A stretch of 64,000 nucleotides of DNA from Gammaproteobacteria bacterium (GTDB taxonomy: Bacteria > Pseudomonadota > Gammaproteobacteria > JAADJB01): assembly GCA_013151035.1 (NCBI GenBank), contig JAADJB010000053.1, forward strand, positions 5,939-69,938, written 5' to 3'. Positions 20,483 through 32,088 of the stretch are shown here, one piece after another (positions within the stretch are counted from its first letter, which is position 1; every line of letters begins with the position of its first letter). A program made the position numbers and the translations under genes. Below the pieces are notes generated by a model that searched no databases, was not told the DNA's origin, and saw only the letters and a program-made list of their open reading frames with translations.

Positions 20483-23317
20483 TCAAGCATATTGCCGCTG
20501 CTCACCATGCCCATCAACATTCTCAATACAACGCCCACACAACTCAGGATGTTGCTCACTCAACCCCACATCCTCACAATGATGCCAACAACGCGTACAC
20601 TTGTTATGTTCCGATGCCTCAACCCTGACCCATAGTGGTTGCCCATCACAATCAAGTTCAACAATCTGATCCGGTCGTTCCTCCGCAGAATACAGACGCG
20701 CCGACGAGGTAATCAACACAAAGCGTAATTCATCCTCCAGTCGAGACAAAACATCCAGCAAACCTTGCTCACAATACAAGCTAACCTCCGCACCCAGCGA
20801 AGAACCAATATCACCGGCTACACGCACTCGTTCGAGTTCCTTGCCCACTGCCGTACGCACAGTAATCACCTGACCCCATATTGCCATATCAAGCACACGG
20901 CCATCACTGGTCTTCATCTCCGGGATCTCTGGCAATGCGTACCATTGATCAAGAAATACCGAGTCGCCATGTTCACCCGGTATCTGCTGCCAGATTTCTT
21001 CTGCAGTAAAACTCAGAATAGGAGCAACCCAGCGTACCAGCGCTTCAATGATGTAATACATTGCGGTCTGTGCTGAACGTCTGGCAACACTATCAGCCTG
21101 TGTGGTGTACTGTCGATCCTTGATAATATCGAGATAAAAACCACCCATGTCCGTTGCACAAAAATGATGGATCTTCTGATAGATTTGGTGAAATTCATAT
21201 TGTTCATAGGTCTGACACAAATCCTGTTGTAACAAACGCGTCTTTTCTACAGCCCAACGATCCAGTGCCAACATCTGATCGACGGGCAAAATATGTTCTA
21301 GCGGATCAAAACCATTGAGATTAGCCAATAGAAAACGTGCCGTATTACGAATACGTCGATAAGAGTCTGCGGTACGTTTGAGGATCTCATCCGAGACATG
21401 CATCTCACCACGATAATCGGTGGCTGCCACCCATAGACGCAAGATATCAGCACCCAGGTTTGAAATAATCTTCTGTGGTGCAACGACATTACCCTTGGAC
21501 TTGGACATCTTCTGTCCCTTGGCATCAACTACAAAACCATGCGTCAACACAGCCTTATAAGGTGCCTTGCCCTGCATTGCTACCGCACTTAATAGTGACG
21601 ACTGAAACCATCCTCGATGCTGATCGGAACCTTCCAGGTACAAGTCTGCCGGGGCATGTAGCTGTTGCCGACGATCCAGCACACAGTGATGCGAGGAACC
21701 CGAGTCAAACCAGACATCAAGGGTATCGGTTAATTTGTCATAGTCTCCGGCATCCGTACCGAGCAGATCTTCTGCCTCCAGCTCAAACCAGCCATCAACT
21801 CCCTTTTCTTCCACCAACCGTGCAACCTGTTCAATCAGCTTATGGGTATCGGGATGCAGCTCACCCGTGGTTTTATGGATAAACAAGGCAATGGGCACAC
21901 CCCAGGTACGTTGTCTGGAGACACACCAGTCGGGGCGATTCTCCACCATTGATTCAATCCTTGCCTGACCCCAGTCCGGCATCCACTGTACCTTACCAAT
22001 CTCTTTCATAGCCGCATCACGCAGACCATTTCGTTCCATGCTGATAAACCACTGCGGTGTAGCGCGAAAGATAATCGGTGTCTTGTGTCGCCAGCAATGC
22101 GGATAGCTATGTAATACGGCCTCTTCACGCAACAGCGCACCTTTGGCCTTAAGCACCTCAATCACATGATCATTCGCCTTAAATACATGTTCTCCGGCAA
22201 ATATTTCTGTGTCCGGCAGGAAGCAACCATTAGAACCCACAGGGTTATCCACGGCTAACCTATAACGCAGCCCCACGGCATAATCATCCTGACCATGTCC
22301 CGGTGCCGTATGCACCGCGCCTGTTCCTGCTTCAAGGCTAACATGATCGCCCAGAATCACCGGCACCTCACGCTGATAAAATGGGTGCGCGAGTTTCAGT
22401 CCTTCCAGATCAGAGCCCTTGCAATAGGCTAGCACACGATAGGTCTCTATCTCGTAACGCACCATCGTATCCTTCATCAGACCTTCAGCCATTAACAGCC
22501 GTTCATGTCCGCAATCAACCACTACATATTCCAGTTCAGGGTTCACTGCAACCGCCTGGTTGGCTGGTAAGGTCCAGGGCGTTGTGGTCCAGATCACCAC
22601 TGACAATGGCCCCTTGCCTTCACCCCCCTCAGCATGATGACAACGCGCCATCAGTGCCTCATCATCCAGCACCCGAAAACGCACATCAATCGCTGGTGAG
22701 GTCTTGTCCTCATATTCAACCTCGGCCTCAGCCAGAGCTGAACCACAATCAATACACCAATGCACGGGTTTAGAACCCTTGTGCAGGTGTCCATTCTCCG
22801 CAATCTGACCCAGCGAACGAATAATATCGGCCTCGAACTGGAAGTCCATGGTCAGGTAAGGGTTATCCCAATCGGCAACGATACCTAAACGAATAAAATC
22901 TTTCTTTTGCCCATCCACCTGTTTTTTTGCATATTCCCGGCAGGCGCGACGAAAGGTAGCCGCATCCACCTTGTGCCCGGCCTTACCCACCTTCTTCTCA
23001 ACATTGAGTTCAATCGGCAGGCCATGACAATCCCAACCCGGCACGTAAGGCGTATTAAAACCGGACAGGGTTTTACTCTTGATAATAATATCCTTGAGCA
23101 CCTTGTTGACCGCATGACCAATATGGATATTACCATTGGCGTAGGGCGGGCCATCATGCAGGATAAAATCAGGCCGATCCTTACCCTGCTCGATCAGGCG
23201 CTGGTAAAGATTAATCTCATCCCAACGTTTAAGAATCAAGGGTTCACGATTTGCCAGATTAGCCTTCATGGCAAAAGCCGTTTTTGGAAGATTTAATGTA
23301 TCTTTGTAATTCGCCAC
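20483..23317 (-). CDS. ileS: isoleucine--tRNA ligase
   Basis: 944 aa with the HIGH motif ([14 protein letters not shown]), KMSKS (KMSKSKGN) and a C-terminal zinc-finger Cys cluster. Confidence 0.95.
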   Translation of the reverse strand: MANYKDTLNLPKTAFAMKANLANREPLILKRWDEINLYQRLIEQGKDRPDFILHDGPPYANGNIHIGHAVNKVLKDIIIKSKTLSGFNTPYVPGWDCHGLPIELNVEKKVGKAGHKVDAATFRRACREYAKKQVDGQKKDFIRLGIVADWDNPYLTMDFQFEADIIRSLGQIAENGHLHKGSKPVHWCIDCGSALAEAEVEYEDKTSPAIDVRFRVLDDEALMARCHHAEGGEGKGPLSVVIWTTTPWTLPANQAVAVNPELEYVVVDCGHERLLMAEGLMKDTMVRYEIETYRVLAYCKGSDLEGLKLAHPFYQREVPVILGDHVSLEAGTGAVHTAPGHGQDDYAVGLRYRLAVDNPVGSNGCFLPDTEIFAGEHVFKANDHVIEVLKAKGALLREEAVLHSYPHCWRHKTPIIFRATPQWFISMERNGLRDAAMKEIGKVQWMPDWGQARIESMVENRPDWCVSRQRTWGVPIALFIHKTTGELHPDTHKLIEQVARLVEEKGVDGWFELEAEDLLGTDAGDYDKLTDTLDVWFDSGSSHHCVLDRRQQLHAPADLYLEGSDQHRGWFQSSLLSAVAMQGKAPYKAVLTHGFVVDAKGQKMSKSKGNVVAPQKIISNLGADILRLWVAATDYRGEMHVSDEILKRTADSYRRIRNTARFLLANLNGFDPLEHILPVDQMLALDRWAVEKTRLLQQDLCQTYEQYEFHQIYQKIHHFCATDMGGFYLDIIKDRQYTTQADSVARRSAQTAMYYIIEALVRWVAPILSFTAEEIWQQIPGEHGDSVFLDQWYALPEIPEMKTSDGRVLDMAIWGQVITVRTAVGKELERVRVAGDIGSSLGAEVSLYCEQGLLDVLSRLEDELRFVLITSSARLYSAEERPDQIVELDCDGQPLWVRVEASEHNKCTRCWHHCEDVGLSEQHPELCGRCIENVDGHGEQRQYA

Positions 23318-23351
23318 AGAGCTATACCACCATCATAATAAAATATCATCG

Positions 23352-24287
23352 TTACGCTGAAAATTCGGCAAAAAATTGTCTTGCCTGTTCTGCATCAATA
23401 TCAATCTGCTGACGCAGATCCTCGAAAGAGTCGAAGCGCACTTCATCCCGCAGCTTGTACGAAAAGTCCACCTGGATATAACGTCCATAAATATCCGCAT
23501 TAAAATCAAACAGGTGGATCTCAAGCAGCGCCTTACTACCATCAACCGTTGGTCGTGTACCAATATTGGCAACCCCCTGTATGGGTTCCCGTTCCAGCCC
23601 AAACATCTCAACGGCAAACACACCTTGTACCGGTGATACCTTGCGATGCAAAAAAATATTAGCGGTAGGAAAACCAATCATACGACCCCGTTTATTACCA
23701 TGTGCAACACGTCCACACATCCGATACGGACGACCCAACATCTTTTCCGCCGTCTTCATATCTCCTTCAGCCAGGGCTTGACGAATACGGGTGCTACTCA
23801 CACGTTCCCCATCAATCGCGAAGGTATGCATGTTCACCACAGAAAACCCGTAACATTCTCCCGCTTCCTGTAAAAAGGCAAAATCACCCTCGCGTCCTTT
23901 ACCAAAATGGAAGTCATCACCGACCACTAGATAACGCACATCCAAACCATCCACCAACACCTGTTTAACAAACTGTTCTGCCGTCAGGTTAGCGAAGGTT
24001 TGATCAAAATTCAGACAACAGACCCGATCAACCGAATAACGCCGTAGTGCCACCAGTTTTTCACGAAAACGGGTTAACCGTGGAGGTGCCGATTGCGGCC
24101 TAAAAAATTCATTCGGTTGTGGCTCAAAGGTAATCACTACCGTTGGTAAACCCAACATCTCGGCACGTTCCGAAATCTGCCCCAATACTGCCTGATGACC
24201 TAGATGAACACCATCAAAATTACCAATGGTTGCCGCGCAACCCCGGTGTTCAGGTCTTAGATTATGTAAACCACGTATTAATTGCAT
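23352..24287 (-). CDS. ribF: bifunctional riboflavin kinase / FMN adenylyltransferase
   Basis: GNFDGVHLGHQAVL nucleotidyltransferase motif and a C-terminal riboflavin kinase domain. Confidence 0.9.
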   Translation of the reverse strand: MQLIRGLHNLRPEHRGCAATIGNFDGVHLGHQAVLGQISERAEMLGLPTVVITFEPQPNEFFRPQSAPPRLTRFREKLVALRRYSVDRVCCLNFDQTFANLTAEQFVKQVLVDGLDVRYLVVGDDFHFGKGREGDFAFLQEAGECYGFSVVNMHTFAIDGERVSSTRIRQALAEGDMKTAEKMLGRPYRMCGRVAHGNKRGRMIGFPTANIFLHRKVSPVQGVFAVEMFGLEREPIQGVANIGTRPTVDGSKALLEIHLFDFNADIYGRYIQVDFSYKLRDEVRFDSFEDLRQQIDIDAEQARQFFAEFSA

Positions 24288-24345
24288 TATTACTCAAAAT
24301 CAGGCTTGTTCAGACCGTACTAATTCTACATCATATCCAGTACAA

Positions 24346-25926
24346 TTATTTCTTTATATCGTTCTCATCGCCTAATTGTAACAAGGAACGGAGACGCAAT
24401 CCTGTCAGACGTAACACGATAAAATAACTCGCCATACCAAGCACTATCCACAGCACCAATTGAGTCACCCGTTCCTGGCCACCCAGCACATACCAGTTAC
24501 CCACCTGTTGTCGACCCAGTATAATAACCAGCGACAAAACCAGACTCCCCCCCAAGGCCTGCCACCAGACCTTCAACCAACCTGGATAAGGTTGATAAAC
24601 GCCCTGTTCTCGCAAACCACGATACAACAGAAAGGCATTCATATAGGCCGATATCGAGGTCGCCAGAGCCAGACCCGCATGAGCACCTTCAATATCCAGA
24701 TAAAGCATCGGTAACACGAATAATATATTCAAAAACATATTGGTAATCATCGAACGAATGGCAATTCTGACCGGGGTACGCGTATCCTGGCGGGCATAAT
24801 AGGCGGGGGCCAACACCTTGATCAGGACAAAAGCAGGCAAACCAAAGGCATAAGCAAGCAAACTCAGACTTGCCATCTGCGTGTCATGCACAGAAAACTC
24901 GCCATACTGAAACAGGGTTACAAGAATAGGTTCAGCCAATAACGCCAGACCCAGACAGGCCGGGATCGTCACCCATATCACACTACGTAATGCCCAATCC
25001 AGGGTGCGGCCAAAACGTTGCATGGAATCAGCCACATAACTACTCGACAGACTCGGCAGGATCACCGTTGATAAAGCAATCCCGAATACCCCCAACGGAA
25101 ACTCCACCATACGATCAGCATAATAAAGCCAACTGACACTGCCGGTAATCAGGAAAGATGCGATCAAGGTATCTAGCAATAGATTAATCTGTGCCACCGA
25201 GGAACCCAATACAGCAGGCCCCATCAGCCTCAGGATCTTCTGCACCCCACTATCACGCCAACCCCAACGCGGCCATGCCAATAGACCCAGCCGTTTAACG
25301 GGTGCAATGAGCAATAACAACTGTATCACCCCGGCAAAGGCCACCGCCCAAGCCAGAGCGGTAATGGGTTCGGCAAAATAAGGCGCGAAAAACAGCGCAC
25401 CACTGATTAACGATAAATTGAGCAACACCGGTGCAAAGGCCGGCATAGCAAAACGACCATAGCTATTCAAGATACCGCTGGCAAAAGACACCAGTGAGAT
25501 AAAAAAGATATAAGGGAAGGTAATTCGCAACAGATCCACTGTTAAATCAAATTTGGCCGATTGATCGATAAAACCCGGTGCAAACAAGGTCACCAAGCCA
25601 GGCGTAAACACAACGCCCAACAGGGTAATAATGCCAACAACCACCGCTAACGTACCCGTTACTCTGCCAACCAGATGCTGTACCTCATCATGCTCACAAT
25701 GAGTCTTGTACTCATTCAGGATCGGCACAAAGGCTTGAGAAAATGCCCCCTCAGCAAACAAACGACGCATAAAATTGGGGATCTTGAAGGCCACCAGAAA
25801 GGCATCCATACCCATACCCGCACCAAACATCCGCGCCAGCACCATATCGCGTACAAAGCCCAGCACTCTGGAAAGCAGAGTGATTGAGCCAATAACAAAG
25901 GTTGATTTAAGCAGATGACGACTCAT
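24346..25926 (-). CDS. murJ: lipid II flippase MurJ (MviN)
   Basis: Polytopic membrane protein with the N-terminal LLSRVLGFVRDMVLARMFGAG MurJ signature. The ORF extends to 25962, but the likely start is the Met of MSRHLLKS. Confidence 0.85.
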   Translation of the reverse strand: MSRHLLKSTFVIGSITLLSRVLGFVRDMVLARMFGAGMGMDAFLVAFKIPNFMRRLFAEGAFSQAFVPILNEYKTHCEHDEVQHLVGRVTGTLAVVVGIITLLGVVFTPGLVTLFAPGFIDQSAKFDLTVDLLRITFPYIFFISLVSFASGILNSYGRFAMPAFAPVLLNLSLISGALFFAPYFAEPITALAWAVAFAGVIQLLLLIAPVKRLGLLAWPRWGWRDSGVQKILRLMGPAVLGSSVAQINLLLDTLIASFLITGSVSWLYYADRMVEFPLGVFGIALSTVILPSLSSSYVADSMQRFGRTLDWALRSVIWVTIPACLGLALLAEPILVTLFQYGEFSVHDTQMASLSLLAYAFGLPAFVLIKVLAPAYYARQDTRTPVRIAIRSMITNMFLNILFVLPMLYLDIEGAHAGLALATSISAYMNAFLLYRGLREQGVYQPYPGWLKVWWQALGGSLVLSLVIILGRQQVGNWYVLGGQERVTQLVLWIVLGMASYFIVLRLTGLRLRSLLQLGDENDIKK

Positions 25927-25947
25927 AGTTCTCAGTGTAACAAGACT

Positions 25948-26014
25948 GGGGACAGACCCCAATTAAAAGGGCGGTGCTTTATAAGCACCACCCCTTTAAT
26001 TGGGGTCTGTCCCC
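25948..26014. repeat. GGGGACAGAC-family palindromic hairpin element, copy 1
   Basis: ggggacagaccccaattaaaaggg-cggtgctttataagcacca-cccctttaattggggtctgtcccc. Lies between the divergent murJ and rpsT. Confidence 0.75.
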
Positions 26015-26090
26015 TAAAAACAATTGACAAACAGACCAAAAAAACGCATAGTACGCCGTCTTTACAGAATCAATTATAGGAGTTCGACCC

Positions 26091-26357
26091 TTGGCCAACT
26101 CAGCACAAGCAAAGAAACGTGCCCGCCAGGCAGAAAATAATCGTCAACGTAACGTGAGCCAGCGCTCCGCTATGCGTACTACGATTAAAAAGATGCTTGC
26201 CAGCATTGATGCCGGTGATGCCGCTCAGGCACAGGCAGAATACAGGACTGTTACGTCAGTTATTGATGCAGCCGCAAGCAAAGGGCTGATTCACAAGAAC
26301 AAGGCCGCCCGTCATAAGAGCCGCTTGAACCTGAAGGTTAAGGCTCTCGCCTCTTAA
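26091..26357 (+). CDS. rpsT: 30S ribosomal protein S20
   Basis: [21 protein letters not shown]...[18 protein letters not shown] start preceded by AGGAG. Confidence 0.95.
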   Translation: MANSAQAKKRARQAENNRQRNVSQRSAMRTTIKKMLASIDAGDAAQAQAEYRTVTSVIDAAASKGLIHKNKAARHKSRLNLKVKALAS

Positions 26358-26362
26358 AAAAC

Positions 26363-26430
26363 CGGGGACAGACCCCAATTAAAAAGGGGTGCTTTATGAG
26401 CACCCCTTTTTAATTGGGGTCTGTCCCCGG
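26363..26430. terminator. GGGGACAGAC-family palindromic hairpin element, copy 2; bidirectional terminator between rpsT and phoU
   Basis: Perfect 30-bp stem (ggggacagaccccaattaaaaaggggtgct / agcacccctttttaattggggtctgtcccc) with loop ttatg, followed by TTTT. Confidence 0.8.
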
Positions 26431-26432
26431 TT

Positions 26433-27146
26433 TTACCCATCAAACTCTTCCTGGATCTGCTCCAGGCTGGTGTGACGCACATCCTTACCCATCACCAGAT
26501 AGATCACATATTCACAGATATTCTTAGCATGATCTCCCATGCGCTCCATCGCGCGTGCTGACCACATAATATCCAGGGTACGTTTGATATTACGTGGATC
26601 TTCCATCATATAGGTAATCATCTGGCGCATAATGAGATCATATTCGGTATCCACCTTCTCATCCTCGTGCGCAACAGCCAGTGCTGCCTCGGCATCCATT
26701 CGAGCAAAGGCATCCAATGCCTTATGAAACATACTCACCACCTGTTCACCCAAGTGTCTTAATTCGCTGAACTGCCCCTTGGGACGCTCCATACCCGCCA
26801 GGTGGATCGCCATCTTGCTCACTTTTCCCGCTTGATCACCAATACGCTCCAGATCGGTAATGGTCTTGATCACCGCAATCAACAGGCGTAGATCACTGGC
26901 GGCAGGTTGACGACGAGCCAGGATCATCACCGACTCCTCATCAATCGCGACCTCCAGTGCATTCACCTCATGGTCTCTTTCTATCACGCATTCAGCCAAA
27001 TCAATATCGGCATTCACCAGCGCCTCAATCGAGTTCTTAATCTGCTCCTCAACCAGCCCACCCATGATCAAAACCTTATTACGGATATCCTCCAGCTCCT
27101 CATTAAACTGGCGCGAGATATGATGACTAATCGTTGACTTATCCAT
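26433..27146 (-). CDS. phoU: phosphate signalling complex protein PhoU
   Basis: 237 aa with two PhoU repeats (EDxxxxD motifs); last gene of the pst operon. Confidence 0.9.
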   Translation of the reverse strand: MDKSTISHHISRQFNEELEDIRNKVLIMGGLVEEQIKNSIEALVNADIDLAECVIERDHEVNALEVAIDEESVMILARRQPAASDLRLLIAVIKTITDLERIGDQAGKVSKMAIHLAGMERPKGQFSELRHLGEQVVSMFHKALDAFARMDAEAALAVAHEDEKVDTEYDLIMRQMITYMMEDPRNIKRTLDIMWSARAMERMGDHAKNICEYVIYLVMGKDVRHTSLEQIQEEFDG

Positions 27147-27163
27147 AGTATTAACCTTCTTTA

Positions 27164-28000
27164 TTAACCGTAACGACCGGTAATATAATCTTCTGTCTGT
27201 TTCTTGCCCGGATTGGTAAACAGAGTGCTGGTATCACCAAACTCAATCAGCTCCCCCATATACATAAAGGCGGTGTAATCGGAGACACGCGCTGCCTGCT
27301 GCATATTATGCGTCACAATAACAATCGTGTATTTATCCTTCAACTCATAAATCAGCTCTTCGATCTTGAGAGTCGAGATTGGATCCAATGCCGATGCTGG
27401 CTCATCCAGCAATAATACCTCCGGTTCAATCGCTATCGCCCGAGCAATCACTAAACGCTGCTGTTGACCACCGGACAAACCCAGAGCACTATCCTCTAAT
27501 CGATCTTTCACCTCATCCCACAGTGCTGCACTACGCAGAGACTTCTCAACCACCTCAGTGATCAAACGCCTGTCATTGATACCCTGTAGGCGTAAACCAT
27601 AGGCCACATTTTCATAAATCGACTTAGGGAATGGATTAGGCTTTTGAAACACCATACCCACACGGCGACGTAGATCTGCCACATTAACCGACCTGTCATA
27701 AATATTACTGCCATCAAGCAGTATTTCACCCTCAATACGTGCAATATCAACCAGATCATTCATCCGGTTCATGCAACGCAACAGAGTTGATTTACCACAA
27801 CCACTGGGACCAATATAGGCCGTTACCCGCCGCCTGGGAATCAGCATATCAATATGATGCAACGCCTGTTTTTCACCATAAAACAGGTTTAAATCCTTTA
27901 CCTGCAAACAGACATCCTCCCGTTCCATACTCAAGGGAACACTGGGCTGCACCAGTTTTTTGATATCAATCGAATGTGTTTTTACATTTTCTTTGTTCAT
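27164..28000 (-). CDS. pstB: phosphate ABC transporter ATP-binding protein PstB
   Basis: Walker [10 protein letters not shown], the ABC signature LSGGQQQRL and Walker B LLLDEP. The start is probably the MNKEN Met. Confidence 0.9.
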   Translation of the reverse strand: MNKENVKTHSIDIKKLVQPSVPLSMEREDVCLQVKDLNLFYGEKQALHHIDMLIPRRRVTAYIGPSGCGKSTLLRCMNRMNDLVDIARIEGEILLDGSNIYDRSVNVADLRRRVGMVFQKPNPFPKSIYENVAYGLRLQGINDRRLITEVVEKSLRSAALWDEVKDRLEDSALGLSGGQQQRLVIARAIAIEPEVLLLDEPASALDPISTLKIEELIYELKDKYTIVIVTHNMQQAARVSDYTAFMYMGELIEFGDTSTLFTNPGKKQTEDYITGRYG

Positions 28001-28004
28001 GGTT

Positions 28005-29708
28005 TTAATTTTCCAACGCCCGATACTTCTCACGCAAATGATTACGAATACCAATTGCCGCTATATTCAATGCAATAATTACGATCACCAATAATAATGC
28101 CGTAGCATAAACCAGTGGTCTTGCTGCCTCTACATTGGGACTTTGGAAACCCACATCATAGATATGAAAACCCATGTGCATAAATTTTCTATCCAAGTGT
28201 AGAAATGGCATATTGCCATCCAGAGGCAAGGTTGGTGCCAGTTTAACCACACCCACCAGCATTAATGGAGCAACCTCACCCGCCGCTCTGGCAATCGCCA
28301 TAATCATACCCGTCATAATCGCAGGGCTTGCCATCGGCAATACCGTCCGCCACAAGGTCTCCGCCTTGGTGGCACCCAATGCCAGACTACCTTCACGAAT
28401 AGATTTAGGGATGCGTGATAAACCCTCTTCAGTCGCCACAATGACCACCGGTACAGTCAACAAAGCCAAGGTCAACGAAGCCCACATCAAACCCGGCGTA
28501 CCAAAGGTCGGAGCTGGCAGAGCCTCTGGATAAAATAATTGATCAATATTCCCACCGAGAAAATAAACGAAGAAACCAAGACCAAATACACCATATACAA
28601 TCGAAGGCACACCTGCCAAATTATTAACCGCAATACGGATCAATCGAATCATCGGCCCTTGGCTAGCATACTCGCGCAGATAAACCGCAGCCACCACACC
28701 AAAGGGAACCACAATAATCGACATGATAATAACCATCATCACAGTGCCAAATATAGCGGGGAAGATACCCCCCTCAGTATTCGCCTCACGCGGATCCTCA
28801 CTCACAAATTCATACAACTTGGCGATATAAAACAGTGATTTATCCAGCACACTCATATCATTAGGTTGATAAACCTTAACAATTTTAGCCAATGGCCACT
28901 CGATTTCCTGACCACCCGCCACCACCACGGTAATACTGTCTCGACGAATCTGATTATAGAGTTGCTCCAGTGCAACTTGCATTTTATTGTATTGGGCATC
29001 CAGTTGCGCACGTTGCTGTTTGATTAACTGTTTTGCAGACAAATCCAGTTGCCCCTTCAACTCCAGACTGCGAGTATGCAGACGCAGTTTCTCAATATCA
29101 TAATTAACCGCACCAATCTCTCCCCGTTCGATATCCTGTATCTGCTGAAACAGATCATCCGTACGTTGTAGATGTTGTTGTAACACTGCCCAGGCCTGAT
29201 TGCCTTCGGCAACCACCTCACCGGCCTGTTTAACATTGACCAGTTCACCGTAAAGATTGCCCCATTCCCTACGTTCAACTGTCATCAAGGAAGAAGGTAT
29301 CTGTTGTTTAACAATATCCGGTACCACTACCCAGCGAAAGTCCTGCCCTGTCAGATCACGATTACCCATTTTCAACAGAAAACGTTCAACGTCCTGATCA
29401 CCCTCAACAGAGTAACCGGCATCACGCAGACGTTCAGCAGAGACTCGTTCTCTATCGTGTATCTCGCCTTGTAACACAATCATTTCACCTGATTGACTAC
29501 GATAATCCAGTTTCACAATATCACTCGGCCAGAAGTGCCCCAAACCTCGCGCGGCAATCAACAACAACAGACCAAAAACCAGAATCATGCTAATACTAAC
29601 AGCAGAAGCTGCCATCCATACCCAGGGATCACCCGATCTAAACCATTGACGTATCATATCGTTATACTCACAGTGAACTGTACTTTGAACGCAAGCGCTG
29701 GCGAACAA
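28005..29708 (-). CDS. pstA: phosphate ABC transporter permease PstA (long form with large extra-membrane insert)
   Basis: The C-terminal half carries the EAA-loop permease domain. An insert of about 280 aa follows the first TM segment, as in Pseudomonas-type PstA. Confidence 0.85.
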   Translation of the reverse strand: MFASACVQSTVHCEYNDMIRQWFRSGDPWVWMAASAVSISMILVFGLLLLIAARGLGHFWPSDIVKLDYRSQSGEMIVLQGEIHDRERVSAERLRDAGYSVEGDQDVERFLLKMGNRDLTGQDFRWVVVPDIVKQQIPSSLMTVERREWGNLYGELVNVKQAGEVVAEGNQAWAVLQQHLQRTDDLFQQIQDIERGEIGAVNYDIEKLRLHTRSLELKGQLDLSAKQLIKQQRAQLDAQYNKMQVALEQLYNQIRRDSITVVVAGGQEIEWPLAKIVKVYQPNDMSVLDKSLFYIAKLYEFVSEDPREANTEGGIFPAIFGTVMMVIIMSIIVVPFGVVAAVYLREYASQGPMIRLIRIAVNNLAGVPSIVYGVFGLGFFVYFLGGNIDQLFYPEALPAPTFGTPGLMWASLTLALLTVPVVIVATEEGLSRIPKSIREGSLALGATKAETLWRTVLPMASPAIMTGMIMAIARAAGEVAPLMLVGVVKLAPTLPLDGNMPFLHLDRKFMHMGFHIYDVGFQSPNVEAARPLVYATALLLVIVIIALNIAAIGIRNHLREKYRALEN

Positions 29709-31917
29709 TCTCAGCCAGGGTATTCACCACAAAGGTAAAGCCAAATAATACCAGTGCTGCCAGGAACAACACACGATAATGGGTACTATCCACCTCAGCC
29801 TCCGGCATCTCTACAGCAATATTAGCTGATAAGGTACGCATTCCCTGGAACACACTGAAATCCATTACCGGGGTATTACCTGTTGCCATTAACACAATCA
29901 TAGTCTCGCCCACAGCACGCCCCATGCCAATCATCACCGCAGAAAAGATACCCGGACTGGCTGTCAGTATCACCACCCGCACCAATGTCTGCCAGGAAGT
30001 GGCACCCAAAGCAAGAGAACCATTGGTCAAGTGTCTTGGAACACTGAATACTGCATCTTCGGTAATAGTAAAGATTGTTGGTATGACCGCAAAGCCCATA
30101 GCAATACCCACCACCAGTGAATTACGCTGATCAAAGCCAACACCAAATTCAGTATCCATCCAGGCACGCATATTATTATCAAATAGGAGGTGTTCGATAC
30201 TCCCTGACAGGGCGATAGAAAGCCAGCCTAAAAAAAGCACCACCGGAATCAGAATAGCGGCATCCCAACCCTCAGGAATACGGTTGCGAATAACCGGCAG
30301 GAAATGACTCCAGACAAAAGAGAACAACAACACACCCAATGGAACAATAATCAACAGACTAAAGATGCCGGGTAGATTAGCTTCAATTAACGGAGCCAAC
30401 CATAAACCAGCAAGAAAACCCAAAATAACCGTTGGTAGTGCCTCCATAGTCTCAATACTGGGCTTTACCAGACCACGCATACGCGGTGCCATAAAATAGG
30501 CCGTATAAATAGCACCCATAATCGCCAGTGGTACGGCAATTAACATGGCATAAAAGGCCGCCTTGAGAGTACCAAAAACCAGCGGTGTCAAACTGAGCTT
30601 AGGTTCAAAGTCATTACTCGCCGAGGATGACTGCCAGGCATAGACCGGCTCAGTATAACTCTCATACCAAACCTTCTCCCATAGACCCGACCAGGATATT
30701 TCGGGATGCTCATTAACAATATATTGAAAACGCATACGACCCATTGCATCTTCCATTAATATGGCATTAGCACGAGGACTTATTGTCAAATAATTAAAAT
30801 TGGCGCGCGGTAATTCTTCCAGCAAGATGGTGCGTTCAGATGTCGTATGGTAAACACCTAATACACCTCTTTTGTCCAATGCCAGAAAACCCTTGCGATT
30901 ATATTCAGGAACCAGAGCAACAATCTCTACCTGTTGGGAATGAAAAGAACGAATGCGTTGCAGTTTCTCATCACCCTGCTGATCTCTAACTGCAAACCAC
31001 TGACTAATACGACCATCATCCTCAGCAATCAACAAAGAGATATCACCCGCCAAAAAGCGGATATCACTAACACGAGTCCCTGTGGTCAATACATTGACAT
31101 GTTGCATTAACCCAGGTGATTCCTTATCACTGATATCAAAACGAGAAATCTCTCCAGACACGCTCAACACGTACAAGTTTTGCTGGTCTTTATCCATTAA
31201 CAAGGTTTGAATATCAATACCATCAACAACGATTTCAACCTGGGTCCGTTCAAAGATAAGCTCATCCCCAAACAGAGATTCTTCCTTGATATAACTGGTT
31301 AGTAGCAGACGACCATCATTAGTCTGAGCAACAATTGTTGCCTCTTCTTCCCCATTCTGGAAGGCCAAGCGAATAATAGCCACTCCATCCTCATCGATCA
31401 CCAGAGGTTTCTCACCAAAAGGATAAGTTATCTCAGGAGTAATCAGGCGCACATCATCAGGATAACTCACCCGATAAACCGGTTTAATCAGCGTGACATT
31501 ACCATCATCCAGGCCAAACAACATCTGCGCATCAACCGGATCGCTATGAGTAAAACTACTCACCAATACCTGTTCCGGAAGATCCAAACGCCTCTTACTG
31601 AGCAGTTTTCCATCCTTGGTACTAAAAAAAAACAATCCGGCATCAGCCGTCACCCGTAAGGCAATCTCAGACTGTTCTTCCATACTCAGCGATAGGGTTT
31701 TTGATGTATCACCCACCCGATCATATTCCCGATCACCGTAAAAAGAAGCCGGTTCAAACAGAGGAATAACAACATACAGCAGATAAAACAGGATCAAGAC
31801 GATAGCAAAAATAACCGTCATGCCCCCTAAACCCACACAATACCTAGCCAATACATCCTTGGCATAGCGCCAACGGTAGCGGTTGCTCATATTACTTATG
31901 GAGGACAAGTTACTCAT
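29668..31917 (-). CDS. pstC: phosphate ABC transporter permease PstC (long form)
   Basis: 749 aa. A large N-terminal extra-membrane region is followed by a 6-TM permease core, as in Pseudomonas PstC. Confidence 0.85.
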   Translation of the reverse strand: MSNLSSISNMSNRYRWRYAKDVLARYCVGLGGMTVIFAIVLILFYLLYVVIPLFEPASFYGDREYDRVGDTSKTLSLSMEEQSEIALRVTADAGLFFFSTKDGKLLSKRRLDLPEQVLVSSFTHSDPVDAQMLFGLDDGNVTLIKPVYRVSYPDDVRLITPEITYPFGEKPLVIDEDGVAIIRLAFQNGEEEATIVAQTNDGRLLLTSYIKEESLFGDELIFERTQVEIVVDGIDIQTLLMDKDQQNLYVLSVSGEISRFDISDKESPGLMQHVNVLTTGTRVSDIRFLAGDISLLIAEDDGRISQWFAVRDQQGDEKLQRIRSFHSQQVEIVALVPEYNRKGFLALDKRGVLGVYHTTSERTILLEELPRANFNYLTISPRANAILMEDAMGRMRFQYIVNEHPEISWSGLWEKVWYESYTEPVYAWQSSSASNDFEPKLSLTPLVFGTLKAAFYAMLIAVPLAIMGAIYTAYFMAPRMRGLVKPSIETMEALPTVILGFLAGLWLAPLIEANLPGIFSLLIIVPLGVLLFSFVWSHFLPVIRNRIPEGWDAAILIPVVLFLGWLSIALSGSIEHLLFDNNMRAWMDTEFGVGFDQRNSLVVGIAMGFAVIPTIFTITEDAVFSVPRHLTNGSLALGATSWQTLVRVVILTASPGIFSAVMIGMGRAVGETMIVLMATGNTPVMDFSVFQGMRTLSANIAVEMPEAEVDSTHYRVLFLAALVLFGFTFVVNTLAEIVRQRLRSKYSSL

Positions 31918-31993
31918 TATGGGATCATACTATGGCTATATGACAGTTTTGTGACACACTACATTAAAAAGGAACAGACTTCTACCCAAAAAA

Positions 31994-32018
31994 GGGGACA
32001 GACTTTAAGTCTGTCCCC
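31994..32018. repeat. GGGGACAGAC-family hairpin, copy 3 (short form), in the pstS-pstC intergenic region
   Basis: ggggacagac-tttaa-gtctgtcccc, a 10-bp stem. Positioned like the pstS-pstC mRNA stem-loop of other bacteria. Confidence 0.7.
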
Positions 32019-32088
32019 AGCCATTCTCATTATATGTGGTGCGCAATGCACACCCTACCTGGTAGGCTGCGTACCACGCACCAATAAA

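Noticed and set aside
20381-20635. 84-aa ORF (+) starting inside the family-B palindromic element and running antisense into ileS
   Set aside because: It overlaps the repeat and the 3-prime end of ileS on the opposite strand. Its similarity to the 54913-55095 ORF (PTRTYSRRVS / PTWMYSRRVS) is simply the shared repeat DNA, not a protein family.
21475-22773. Several 100-135-aa ORFs inside ileS (for example 21475-21882, 22381-22773)
   Set aside because: They are overlapped by the 944-aa IleS frame with its clear HIGH/KMSKS motifs, and their composition is Pro/His-rich nonsense.
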